The translations under genes and the position numbers were made by a program. Below the pieces are notes generated by a model. That model was not told where the DNA came from. It did no database searches and saw nothing but the letters and a program-made list of their open reading frames with translations. Below, one piece after another: positions 51,082 through 63,936 of a DNA stretch of 64,000 bases. Where the stretch lies: NCBI GenBank assembly GCA_044892525.1, contig CM097885.1, forward strand, positions 255,874,001 through 255,938,000. Reading direction: 5' to 3'. Positions within the stretch are counted from its first letter, which is position 1; each line of letters begins with the position of its first letter. Source of the DNA: Schmidtea polychroa (lineage: Eukaryota).

Positions 51082-51383
51082 TGTATAACGTCATATGTAT
51101 AAATAAAAATAATTAAAAAGATAAGTTTTAATTTATACAGCCAATTATGATTTTAATTGTTAAATAAGTTTGGTTAAATTACAAATCTATGTTTTTTCGT
51201 TGCGGGCCGCCAAATGTAACGCAGCGGGCCGCGTGTTTGAGACCCCTGATCTAGACTGACAAAATTTTATAGAAAAGAAACAAAGCAGACAGGTTTGGAC
51301 TTGTTAACAAGCACATGACTGTACAGTACTAAAATAGACTATAAAATTCTCTGGGGCAATATGTCCCTACAGTATTGAAAGGG
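50780..51383. mobile_element. piggyBac-like MITE inside the Buster relic
   Basis: 12-bp TIR CCCTTTCAATAC / GTATTGAAAGGG; TTAA on the right, degenerate TTCAAA on the left. Confidence 0.7.
50864..51248. mobile_element. hAT MITE inside the piggyBac-like MITE
   Basis: TIR CAGGGGTTTCAAAC / GTTTGAGACCCCTG; perfect TSD ATCTAGAC; GCGGGCCGC subterminal motifs. Confidence 0.92.
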
Positions 51384-52299
51384 TTAAAGAAAAAGAGTAG
51401 ATTATTGATATTTGTACAGACACAGCATTAGAAAATACATTCAAACAGTTTGGATTTATTTCATTTTGGATTCAATTGTTTAATGAATATCCTGAGGTTG
51501 CCGATAAAGCAGTAAAAATCCTAATGCCTTTTGAAACAACTTATCTTTGTGAAACATGATTCTCAGTTTATATTGCTATGAAAACTAAATACAGAAATAA
51601 ACTTGATGCAGGAAATGCCATGCGTTTACGATTAACAAAACTTTCTCCCAATATAGCCAGTTTATATAAAGATAGACATGGACACCCAAGCCATTAATTT
51701 AAAAATTAAACTTATATTTAAAAAAAGTTAATTAGGGTTCCACAAAAAAGTCAATCGAGCTCCCCATATATGGGGCACCGGTAGGTAACGGGTTATATAA
51801 AAACTTACTGTAATAATATCTTTACTTTAAGGGCCTTTTATTTTAAACTTATATTCAGAGATTGCTTTCTTTATTTTATAATGTATAATTCAGAAACGCC
51901 AGACAAATTTCATTCATAAACGAAACATAAATCTTAATTTAAAAACGTTACATTAAATTCAATTCGTAAACAATAGGGATTTTATGGCATGTCTTCGAAG
52001 GTACTAACATATAGATAAACACTTCGCTTTGATTCGTATGTTCACACGATCAAGTTGCCGTAAGAGCTTCGGTTTTATCACACTCAAATGTTACGTTTAT
52101 GAGATTTTGTATGAACAAATTTCTCAATTACGCTTCGTTTCCGTATTTCCTTGGCTATCGTGGCCAGTTCAAATTTTATGGTTGAAATAATGTCATCTGT
52201 CAACAACTAGCGCAAAGAACAATTAAAATTTGAAAAACAAGACATCTATTTAAGAACAGCTGAATTTTCCATGGTAATTTTATTGAAATAGACATGAAA

Positions 52300-52910
52300 A
52301 TTTACTATTCGGATACTCGACCAAATTATCCGGGTATTAAATACTCGAGAAATGGGCTAAATATCCGAATACCTGGATTGCAAACACTATATTCGATAAA
52401 TAAATACAACCTTTGGATATTTTGGAAAGTACAAAATAAGGTGTAGCCGTTATTGTGGAAGGGCGTTAAAAACAAATTTGTGGGAGTCATTAGACTTCCT
52501 AACGCCTGAATAACAAAAGTGGCTATAATAAATGATGTCATATTCTCAAATTCGGAAAAATCAATGAAATCGAATAATGAAACGTGACGATGTCGTTCTT
52601 AATTAATAAGTGCAAATAAAAATGTAGACAAAAACAATTTGGGAATGGAAATCCCATATCTTAAGAATTTACACGAGATAATGAATCAATCACTGGAACA
52701 GTCGGACAAATAAAAAGGACAAAATGATATATCTTGACAGATGTCAAAGATAATGTGGGAATTAGGAATATGCTGAAAAGCAAGATCTATAAGAAAATGA
52801 CAAGGTATAAAAGAAAGATACTAATTGCAAGAGACAAAAGAAAATTGATTTAGAGAATCAGAATTAAAGAGAAGATTGAAGACAACCACGAAATATAAAA
52901 GTTGATAACG
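52300..52910 (+). mobile_element. Possible Penelope RT C-terminus/GIY-YIG relic
   Basis: EIPYLKNLHE and IARDKRKLI*RIRIKE resemble LPYIKG.SE and IGETKRKL..RIKEH. Confidence 0.35.
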
Positions 52911-54289
52911 TTATAACACAATTCTGTACCAATTTAAAATTTTTGGATTTGTCTTTAACTTTTCATTTGTCATCTAACCAAAATGTTTCTTGCCTAAAAT
53001 ATTTTTTTTTTGCAATTACATTTTATTTTGCATTTTTTTGAGTTGCATTTCAGCATATATAACACCCAGGTGAATAAGACAAACACTCTCATATAAACAG
53101 CGAATTTTAACCAAACCAGTAAAAAATAATTGACATACTCTAAACATTGATGTAAGGTAAGTTAAATTCAGCAAAAAACTGAAATAAATTTGGCATATAG
53201 ATTCGGTGTACAGGTAAATATGCGGGTATGGCCAATGCATTATATGCACGAAAATGAGGTAATTTACACAACAATTAAACAAAAAGAAAATAGTCTTTTT
53301 AATCTATAGAGTAAATAATCTACACATATTCGCCATGAGACTTTTGAACTAAGAATTTGATAACTGAAAAATACACAGTAATCAGTTATTCATTGAACCA
53401 ACCCAAAAGGCCTGTTAAAGAGCTAATAAAGTTAGTATCATCTTATTTATTTTATTGAAGCTGGTAAAGGCTAATGCCTGTGCAAAAAGATGGACCATGA
53501 CCTAGCTGTACTACCCTTTCTGATCATTCAAACATAGAAAATATGAAACCTAATGTCAGCTATTTCTACATAAGCACGAGTTAATACATTTTACCCTAAT
53601 TAGCCCACTACATTAAGTAAGTAGGCTAAATGTTTCAGAGATTATTAACTGTGATGACAAAGGGCATTGGTGACCACGGCTCTAAAATTCAAAATTTCCT
53701 CCGGAATCTCAAAATATTTCGATGTCATTATTACATTTCAAAGTTGTTTAACTGAAGTGATTCATCTCGTTCATTTCCAAAAAAACAATATTTTGGCGAC
53801 ACAATGAATGAGGGCCAATATTTTGATAGAGATTGACATAACAAAACTGTTTTCACCATAACATATGAATTGGAATCGTATCAGTTTACTTGTTTTGATA
53901 ATAAATAACAAATCAAGGTTTTGTTGACATTTTCTTGTTGACAAGTTCTTGGCGATGTGGGGGGGGGGGGGCATTTGCTTAGCTTCATCTCTATTTAAAG
54001 CTTGATTTGAAACCAAAACATTTCCCAAATTTCGTTGCCGTTACCATGACTATTCGAAAAAATTCAAATCGATAAATTTATATATATATATATATATATA
54101 TCAAAACCACTGACGAAAACGAGTAAAAACAAACAAAAGTTTATCAGAATTTATTTATACAAGTAAATTTATACAAAATAATCCTTTTTAACGACAAAAT
54201 AAAATGACAAAAAAATTCGTTTTTTTATTCACAATTTGTCTAAATTTTACGAGCAATGAATTGGCAGCTTAATAATGAATTCATTTTCT

Positions 54290-54410
54290 TTACTATCTTT
54301 TCATTTTCTATTTTTCATTTTCTTTTTTTCATTTTCTTTTTTTCATTTTCTATTTTTCATTTTCTATTTTTCATTTTCTATTTTTCATTTTTTATTTTTC
54401 ATTTCCTATT
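54290..54410. repeat. TTTTTCATTTTCTA-type short tandem repeat
   Basis: Direct reading; explains the Phe-rich ORF at 54275. Confidence 0.8.
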
Positions 54411-55096
54411 TGACCTACATTTCTGCAAATAATCACCACAGTTACAAGAACTTGTTTTCCAGTTCCATTTATTCAATTTGATTTCATATTCCAATTTTTC
54501 GTTAATTGTTTGAAATCACAAAACTTGTTGACTTGTCTTGGTTGATTCATTATTTTCTTGTCTTCATAGTAATTACCCCTTAAATATTCACATGATGTTC
54601 GTTGCACAAACCCTTTCTTTGCACCGCCTTGCAAAATGATGTACTGGACGAGATTTGATATTATGTGGGCTATGGTGACAAAGAAGTAATGGAAGACTCA
54701 AGAATTTACAATAAATTAATTATATTTAAATTTGAAATGGCCATCGCGGCCCAGTGAAAGTATTTAATGGTTAATTGTATGCATCTCAATTGAATTGTAC
54801 AAAAAAATAACTTTCTAGGTTGCATAAATGAATCATTATTTGATTTAAATAATTTTTAATATTCAACCCAGCATAGGAAATACTAATTATATAAATTATG
54901 CGTCATTCGATAGAGAAATATCAATTTTCAGATGACATTTCAATAATAATGTCATGTTGTGGAATATTAAACTGTCCATGTTGAACAATGACGTTGAAAT
55001 GATTGCGTAATTTGTGACACACATTCACACTTCTACAAATTAAAAGATTTTATTATATATATAAACTTATAATAAATTTGATATTTACCTTTCTAG

Positions 55097-55330
55097 GTCC
55101 ACAAGCGTGAATCGGCTTTACTGAAGAAAGCGAAAGATCTTGAAGAACAATCCGAAGCAATGGCGGACGAGTTGAATCAAGCACTTTGTGAATTTGATCG
55201 AGATTTTACGAAATTTATCGCCGTCAAAACCGAATGGGACTGTGAAAATATTGACTATCACGAGACCTACGGCACTTTAAGAATCAGCCGAAATGGCAAG
55301 TGCAAGCCGATAAGTAAAATACGAAAATAG
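55097..55330 (+). CDS. Septin exon 6 (C-terminal coiled coil VHKRESALLKKAKDLEE...KTEWDCEN; stop TAG); not in the ORF track
   Basis: CCTTTCTAG acceptor ends at 55096. 77 open codons then TAG at 55328-55330. Resembles the SEPT7 tail VKEKVQKLKDSEAEL...EKANWE. Confidence 0.8.
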   Translation, partial: VHKRESALLKKAKDLEEQSEAMADELNQALCEFDRDFTKFIAVKTEWDCENIDYHETYGTLRISRNGKCKPISKIRK

Positions 55331-55954
55331 ATAAATGAAAATCTTAGATTATTTTTTAAGATACTTGTGCAGATTTCATAATTTCTTTGTAAAATATTTT
55401 CTGATTGAATTTCTAATGTTTTGTTTTGTAAAAATTACATTTTACATCATGGGTTTTTTTGTTTACAAATTAGTTTTTGATCTTTGAACTTTTGCTTTGA
55501 ATCGAATTGTTGCAAATCAATGTTTTTTTCTGTTTAACACAAATTTTCATCACTGCCTTAATCAAGCGTTATTGAATAAATTTATTCAATCCAATATACA
55601 ATATCATATGATGCAAACAAAATTCAACAAGTGACACTATTCAAACAAAAAATATACCAAGATCATAAGGTGTACTGTCAAAATAGCTCTATGAGATTTA
55701 TTGTAAGTAGCTATAATAATATTTATTTATTATAAATTAAAACAATTAATTATATATAAATTGATAAAATAAAAACATTAATATATGAACTCCCAGAAAC
55801 GTCAATAGATGAAATCAATGCTCAAATTGCTCCTATGTATTCTGTATTGCAACAAAAGATTGTCATTACCTCCACTGCAATAATTATGTTAATATTATTG
55901 TTTAATGTTGTAATTCTTATTGATTACTTGTTAAAACTTTGGGATAATGTAATG

Positions 55955-57680
55955 CTGGGGTGGATTTAGGCATGGGCTGCAGCCCAGGGGCCCATTCAAT
56001 CAAGGGTTGGAAATATAAAAGCGGAGCTGAAAAACGAAAAATACAATTAAACAGAGAAAAAGAAACTAGTAAACGGGTAAAAATTTCAAATTTTTTTGTT
56101 TTGGAAAATAACAATGAAAAATTAAATGATTTAGGTGCAGTAATAAGCGAAAGAAATAACAGCTTAAACAAAGAGAAAGAGAAAAAAACAACAAAGCCAA
56201 GATGTAATTGACAATAACGAAACAATACTAGGACAAGAATTACAGCCGAGAACCTCAAAAAACGATGTTGATGTTGATCACTCAGTGCCAGACAAAAATA
56301 TTAAAAATGGTCAATTACTGGAAAGATCTTGGTTGGAAAGTGTTTTTGTCTAGTCTACAAACTTTTCTCTACAATTCCTTCTTATTACACAAACGGATTC
56401 TCTGACTGGAAACATATAGGAACTTATTTAAAAAGTCATGAAAATTGTAGTAATCATAAGAAATAATTTTTAGTATGGGTAACACGTAAAGAAAATAAGT
56501 CTGTTATTGACAAGCATTTGCAGGAGCAACTAAGAAAAGATACTGAATATTACCACAATATCTTAAAACGTGCTATCGCCGTAGTGAAATATTCAAGTGT
56601 TAGAGCTTAGCATTCAGAGGTCACGAAGAAAAATTTGGTTCCCCGTACAATGGTAATTTTATGGGATCTCTGGAATTACTTGCAGAGTTCGATCCATTCA
56701 TGCGTGAACATATACAGCAACGAGAACTGCGCCTGCAAACAAAGGCTTTCACTTCGATTTCGTACTTATCAAAAACAGTTTATGAAGAAATGATAGAGAT
56801 TATGGGAAAACAATTAATAAAAAGAATTATTGCTGAAATTAATTGTGACGATGCCAAGTACTACTCGATTGTGATGGACTCTACACCAGATTTGTCTCAT
56901 AATGAGCAACTAGATATTATAGTACGATATTGTTTTGAGGAAAAAGTGTATAAAAGATGTGTATCTTTCAGAAAAATCAGTAGTCACACTGGCTTATCTT
57001 TATTCAAGAATTCAAGTGAACTGCCACTTGCTAATTGTATGGGACACTCTTTTGGCAGTGCTGCTAATATATCCGGTCGATACAACAGTGTGCAATCGAA
57101 AAAATACACCAAAAAAGAAGCTGCAACATTCAACAAAAACCCTCCTCTACCCCAAAAATCTCAAAAAAAATTGAGACCATTCCCTAGGGCCTAGGCTTAA
57201 GATATTCTGGTAGTTTTGCGTCCCAATTAAATATTTAAGTTTGCAATGCGGGTCATTAAATTAAAAGGTTGGACATCCCTGCATTAGATGAATTGATTAT
57301 GGATTTAAATATAAAAAGCCGTGTCTATGGGGAATTTAGCAAACGATTTAAATATTTACTGGATATGAAAGAAATTAATATTGATAATATTGACTTGGAA
57401 AGTGCACCTAATGTTGCTGATTATTATTCAGATGATCTAGAGATGAGCAACCCGCGGCCTGTCATTTTTTTGTTTATATTGAAAAAATAGTGATTTAATT
57501 GTAATTTTTAATAATTGGTTCATAGATTCTAGATGAACATTTGGTAAATGAATGCATTCGTTTCAAATCCTACTTACAGACTAAGTCAGACTCATACAAC
57601 ACATGCGGTGATATATTCAAGCTAATTTTTGGAACGAAACTTGTCGATGTATTTCCTAATTGCTATACAATTTTAAAATA
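55955..57680 (+). mobile_element. hAT Tip100-type transposase relic
   Basis: YKSGAEKRK N-terminus; GNFMGSLELLAEFDPF and YYSIVMDSTPDLSHNEQL.IIVRY (DUF4371-like); later DEHLVNECIRFK and VFPNCYTILK; frameshifts and a small insertion near 57440-57530. Confidence 0.8.
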
Positions 57681-58499
57681 ATAATTATAAACTCAGACTA
57701 TCTGTAAACTATATTTAAATGTAAAAGAACAATGCTGTGTAAATAAATATTATTATAGCTACTACAATAAATCTTGTAGAGCTATTTTGTCCCAAGCTAT
57801 TTTGACGGGGTGTCAGATCATAAAGTTTCATTTAATATTTCTAATTATGATGAATTTAAAAGGTAAAATTATAATAGCATGTTGTCTCCTCTATTAGGGA
57901 GACTGTCACTAGTGGATCGTCTCTAACTGTTGGCACAATTTACACAGGATATGCATTTTTAACTTTTTGTTTCATTATTGAAGAAACACTAAAAAGATAA
58001 ACCTAGAAGTGTATACAGCATATATATATATATATATATATAATAAGACAGAAACAAAACCTTTATGGACAGGAAAACTGCTACTAATACGAAATTCAAG
58101 CATTGTAAAGTGAAACTTACTGTGAGAGGTACTAAAAAGATGGAATGTGTAGTGAAAAAATGGACCGAGCACAAAATCATACAAAGTGGTAAATAGACGA
58201 ATGGATGAGTTGTAGATTATCCTTCAAAGAAACCAATAATTATTTATTATAAACGTGAACAGAGAAAGGTATCGGTGTGATTTACTGAATTTCATAAAGA
58301 TAGGAACTTGAACTATCAAGGAACAGAAAGGAAATAAATTAAAATCTAATTGCAATTTATAAAGGATGTTATGTATAAAAGGATGGGTGGCTTTCACCTT
58401 TAATTTTGGTACACTTTAACATATATCAATTAATGATTTAGAATGGAAGACAGAAATAAAAAGGTTGAAGTAAGAATGAAAAATAGACAGTAAAAAACA

Positions 58500-59300
58500 A
58501 TTCAATCAACCCAAGAATAGAAAAAAAGGAATGTTCAATGTGCTGCATTTTTTATGTTTGTATAACAAAAGAAAATATGTTAATCTGAACTTACATTTTT
58601 TACATTGATTGAATTCAATATCTGACTGAAACCCTTGTGATTCGTCCTGTCGAACAATAAGAGTTCGATCCTCTCTTCCTGGACCGTCATGCATGTGATT
58701 TCTTTATCCTTCTCTTTCTGATGATCTTTCTACTCCAACTGTCGTATACGTAACTTCATGGCTCGCGATTTCATTTGATCACAGTAGCCTGCTCTATTAG
58801 GTGCTGCTCTTTCATTCGTTCTCTTTTTAGTTTTAATTGGCCCATTACATATTTATTTGGTTATGCACAAATTACAAATGCCGCTACTATGAAGATTAGA
58901 AATCGGTTCTACAAACCGTCCTCAGATAAAGTTGTCAAACGCTGGGGCTAATTGGTTCACAGCGTTGATCTTAAGTGAAAGAATCAAGAATGAGGGAGAG
59001 TCCCGAAAGTTGCGTGATCGCTTAAAACAAGATCGTTCTAACGTTTCCTAATTAATTCCCTCTTAATATTTTATGTCCAACAGTTTAATCAACTGAAATG
59101 TTGGTACCTGTGGTTGGGTGTGCTGACTATGAAAAGTTTGAATGAAAATAGATAAATTTACCTTAAAGTTAGTATCTTGTCGAAATCGCTTTTACTTTTT
59201 CAATTCACACTCACTCCAATTGTTCCAAATGGTGGGTTTAAATACCAATTTTTCTTAACAGCAGCTTGTGGGAATTATTCTTCACTTCTAATATAATTTT
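58500..59300 (-). mobile_element. Gypsy-like RNase H/integrase relic
   Basis: HDGPGREDRTL.VRQ...QSDIEFNQCKKCKF resembles the integrase HHCC zinc finger; decayed. Confidence 0.45.
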
Positions 59301-59512
59301 AAAGCTGAATGATAGCAGCTGTTTTATAATTGCTTAAAAATCAATAATGAATTAAGCAGAAAATATTTTAATTCTCTCCGGTTGTTTTTTTTTAAAAATC
59401 CTATTTATATAAATATTTTACAATTAATTTATACTATATATATTTTTTTATTATACAAATTACTTTATTTTTTAGCCTATAATTTAAATATAGTAATTAC
59501 CTTATTCTATAC

Positions 59513-59788
59513 CAGCGACGGTGAACCAATGATCACAGGTCAGACACTGACTCATGCAACAAATTCAAGTGACCCACAAGTTGTTTTTCTCTTTTAATTA
59601 TAAAATAATAATCATACGAATGTGTTCGAATATATATCTAATTAATGTATAATAAATATATTTCATAGTATATTTACATGAATTTCTGTTAAATTTTTAA
59701 TAACTAAAATAATACTTGATCAGTAGGTTAATATTTTCAAAAAATAAAGTCAATTGTGACCTCCTTGTCAAAAGGTTCGCCGTCACTG
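59513..59788. mobile_element. hAT MITE
   Basis: TIR CAGCGACGGTGAACC / GGTTCGCCGTCACTG; perfect TSD TTCTATAC. Confidence 0.9.
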
Positions 59789-60533
59789 TTCTATACGTAT
59801 TTGTAGTAATTATTTATCTATTTATAGTATTTATTTATTTCTAATTTCTATTTATTAATTTATTTTATAACTTAGCCCCATATGGCTACTATTTTTGCAC
59901 ACTCAACCCCAACACTTTTGACACTTTAATTTTATTTTTGATTTCTTCGACCAACTGGCAATTCATCTTTTTTCTAGCTCCTTTTAATATTGTTGTCAGG
60001 ATTATAATTTGATTGACATCGGGCAATTATTTTCGAATTTTGAGCCTAATTGTTATAATAACAAATTAATTTGCTCCGTATTTCCATCTAGCATTTGAGT
60101 CATTTTATCAAATGGTTATTATTCAGGGTTCCCATATAGCTCGGCTCTTTACAATGCTCAGGTTTTCTGTTGATTCGGGCTTCCGGTTGGTTTGCATTTC
60201 CCATTAGCGAATTAATTCATTTTAATTACTTTGCTATTTCGTTATAACTTTCTATAAGCACCTTTCACTAATTTTTTTTTATTAGTTTTGAGTGCGTTTT
60301 ATGATTCGGTGTTCAACCATTCCCGTTTTTGCCATACAATATTAATTTATAATTTTTAATGAATTTTAACTTTTATTATTTTTAGTCATTTTAACCTGTT
60401 TCTATTTCATTTTTGTGCCTTCCTATATTAAGCTCAACAAAATAAATAAAAAATAACCAAATAAATAAGTTTTTTGCTAAGGGTCACCAAAAGTTAGAAC
60501 ACGGTGCTGTTTATATACGTGTTTGGGTTATAT

Positions 60534-60632
60534 CAGTGTTTCCCAAAGTGTAGGTCGCGACCCGGCACATAGTCACAGAAAAATTTTTAAATCTCGTACT
60601 GGGCCGCAGTCAAATAAGTTTAGGAAACGCTG
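60534..60632. mobile_element. Very short hAT MITE (99 bp)
   Basis: TIR CAGTGTTTCCCAAA / TTTAGGAAACGCTG; degenerate TSD GGTTATAT / GATTATAA. Confidence 0.6.
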
Positions 60633-61816
60633 GATTATAAAAAATTTAAATAAAAAGAAAACCTAATTCAATATTAAAAGTAAAAATTAATATTTTTCAT
60701 GAGGAGGAATGGTCACTGGTGATAAAATAAAAGTTGAAGATGAACAAGAATTTTTTAAAAAGATGGAAGGTACACAGAAATGACTGGGTCCAAAATACGA
60801 ATTAATTTCATTTATTATTCAAGGAAAATCCATAGATCATTGGGAAAATGTTGGAGGTGAGAAATTGATTGGGTACATAAATCATTTAGAGGGAAAGCAT
60901 AGTGTATATGAGAGGCCATTTACATAGATGATTGATGGAAAATAATTTATATAAATAATATTGATAAACGAAGAGATTTGCCACTTTGATTAAAAGAGTG
61001 AAATTTACAACTTACTAGTCAGCATTCGATTGGAAATCGATATAAAAGGGTAAATTCTATTTTTGGGGTTATTAGTGAAATTAAATGCTATCAGTGATTG
61101 ATTTGACTCCAAAGCCTGTCTTGTTTAATAACAATAACGAACTGCAGCCAATATAAACTTTATTGATTGACACAACTGATTACCAACTTACAACGACACA
61201 AAGAATTATCTGTTACAATGACGATTTGAGTGGTTATTACAACCTTTCAGGAGGAATAGAACGTTTCAATACAACTTGTAACTCACAATCACCTAACTAC
61301 TGTTTCTAGTTTCAATAATCGGTAGATTTTATCTAGTTTTTTCTTGGCTTTAACTCTAATTTATTCAATAACTTTAAATTCTTAAATCATTTTCCCAATA
61401 ACTTTGTAATTCACATTGGTTTTGCTTTAATTTTTATTTTCTTACCTTCTGTACAATTTCTGTCTTGTTTTCGTTTCTCTAAACTTCCTTCTTCATTTTT
61501 CAACTCTATTTTAATTCTAGTCGTGTCTCTTTTTATATTTCACACTTAAGTGGCACATATTGATTTTTACTTCAATTTCAATAGCCTTTCCCATACATTT
61601 CTCTTGGTTCTTTCCGATTCTCCAAATATCTGTCTAGGCGCGTAATATATAAAAAAGCCATTTGCCGGCTTTCCAGTGATCTCTTTTCCATATCTCAACA
61701 AGACTATCGAGATAGGCTATTTTAATTTTGTTTTTATTTCTCGTTGTTCGCTTTATACTTTTTAATTAAAAATGATCTAGACATGTTTCATAATTTGATC
61801 TTTTCCCATTCTTTGC

Positions 61817-62833
61817 CAGTAGCGTAATAACGGCTTGGCATTGGGACAGTTGCCAAATGCGCCGCTAGATCTCTAAATTTTTATTTAAATAGATATTTCA
61901 CTTTTATTCTCGATAACAAAAAAGCTAATAATTAGTAATAGTTAAAAATGTTTAATTTAAACCATTATAATATTTTTTATTATGTTTGTTGGGCTTTTTA
62001 TCATATAATTGTCAATATGATAAGCTGGTCTATTATCAGTCAAATATTCTGAAATAAATAAAGAGCAATTTATAATTGAAATAAAATGTTTTAAACACCA
62101 AATTATTGAACTATTGCTAAAAAACCCAATGACACATTTCATTTAGATCTTTAAAATTTTCCCGCTACATGGGAAATGCAAGAAACGTACCCGAATATCG
62201 AACGAGCTCTGAAAACATTTCTTAAAATGCCAACCACAGTAACCAGCGCTGAAAGGAGTTTCAGCAAACTAAAAATTATTAAAAACTACTTGAAAGCGGC
62301 GTCAGGCCAACAATGACATCATCTCTAGCTCTTCTTTCCATCGACCGTGGACTTACCAGTCAAATAAACTTCAATGAAATAATCAATAACTTTGCAAACA
62401 TTAAAGCAAGAAAAGTTAAGCTTTGAGCCTTTGATATAGAACTAGAAGTGTAGTTACTTAAATTTACTTTTAATTGTGAGTTTCTATATTTATGTATGAG
62501 AGAGTGAGTATGACACATTGACACTATTGTTTTTATTTATAATACATGATACTTCAAGTATTACTGTAGTCTGTATTAACGCAACAATATCCAGTTTTAT
62601 CCACCAATTTATTTAGTAAATAATAAAATGTAAATTAGTATTGTTCCTATCTTTTGCATTTTTGATATCCACGTTTATGACTGTCACTGCCAGACTACGT
62701 AATTATTGTCATAAATAAAATAAGAGAAATTCCATTTGTTTTTTCTAACAATTGAAAGTCGCAAAGCTGAAATTTATCAAGGGTACCAAAAATAAATTAG
62801 CCAAGAGCGTCGAAAACCCAGGTTACACCTCTG
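61817..62833 (+). mobile_element. Internally deleted hAT element retaining the dimerisation domain
   Basis: Perfect TSD TTCTTTGC (61809-61816 and 62834-62841). Imperfect TIR CAGTAGCGTAAT / GTTACACCTCTG. Encodes YPNIERALKTFLKMPTTVTSAERSFSKLKIIKNYL. Confidence 0.88.
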
Positions 62834-63606
62834 TTCTTTGCTACTTCCCTTTTCTAACATTCAGCCCAAATTTCCACAATTGCGAAGCAACACAGCTCCT
62901 CCATTGATCACTTTATTTAATTTAACAATAATTATTCACTTTTACTTAATTAGATATCCTCAACATTTTGCACCTCCATTCTAAAGGTTTGAAATGTAAT
63001 TACTATGTAATCAATAAAGAAATTCTATTTGGTTGGATCCTAAACTGATTTTTCTACTGAACACTAAGAGCCAAATTCAGAGCGATTTCATAAATGCCAA
63101 ACACATTTATTGGCAAAATAGCATGGGATTACCATAGACACGCTCGGGAGATAATCACCATAAGTTGTATCAATGTAAAATGATTTATTTTCTCCGAAGA
63201 TGCCATTTGAAAACGCATTTTTTCTGATAACTTTTTATGTATCGATGTTGATAGAGAAACTTTGCCTGACTGATTCAACTAAGGAGAACAATTAGAAATG
63301 ATCGATGCTGATTGGTTACAATTCCCGAACGCAAATAAGGTGAGCATTATAATTGATCCAATTTATATTCCAATGTAAACTACCAATCTGCTGTTGACGA
63401 TCACCATTATTGACAAAATCGATATTTATCAAAACCTTTACGGCATTTTTGATAATGGAATAGTACGATAATCACGTAATTATAATAGATAGTCAGTTGA
63501 AAATTAAAATGAAATCCTTTCTTGTTATCTAAAAGTATTAAACATTAAAAATCAATATTAAGTTCCCGGAGATCAATTAAAATTCGTGAAATAAAACAAG
63601 AATAAT

Positions 63607-63875
63607 TTATTCATATCCACAAACATCATGAGCTACAGCCCAATTCGCTTCCAGGAAATGTGGACCAGTTACCCGAACGCCATCTTTATTTACAATTGCC
63701 ATTTGATATTTTCGGCTTGCTCTACAATCTCGATAATACAACACTTTCAATGCTTCGATAATAGCAAGCTTGGCTTCTTCTTCATTCATGTTTTTATTCT
63801 TTTCAACAAAATCTCTAAGTTTTGGAACAGCGAGATGTTTGCCGAATCCAGTCGCTGCAGCACTGTCTTCATAAG
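63607..63875 (-). CDS. PSMB4: Proteasome subunit beta type-4 (beta7), last exon
   Basis: Translates (A)YEDSAAATGFGKHLAVPKLRDF...LKVLYYRDCRASRKYQMAIV...NWAVAHDVCGYE*. This matches the PSMB4 motifs ATGYG.YLA.PLLR, VLYYRDARS and NWDIAH. Acceptor AG is at plus-strand 63876-63877. Confidence 0.95.
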
Positions 63876-63936
63876 CTAAAAGATGAAATTAAGAAAAAAT
63901 GATTCAATTTGTGAAATTAGTAACTTAAAATCTTAC

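Larger units (their letters stand above)
50604..51750 (+). mobile_element. Buster/Charlie-type hAT deletion derivative interrupted by nested insertions
   Basis: HLSGLQTTFLNYFP..YSWVENPF, then FWIQLFNEYPEVADKAVKILMPFETTYLCET*FS...KTKYRNKLD (hAT dimerisation domain); right boundary approximate. Confidence 0.8.

Noticed and set aside
39547-58184. Poly-IY, poly-I, poly-Y and Phe-rich ORFs
   Set aside because: Translations of microsatellites and T-rich repeats.
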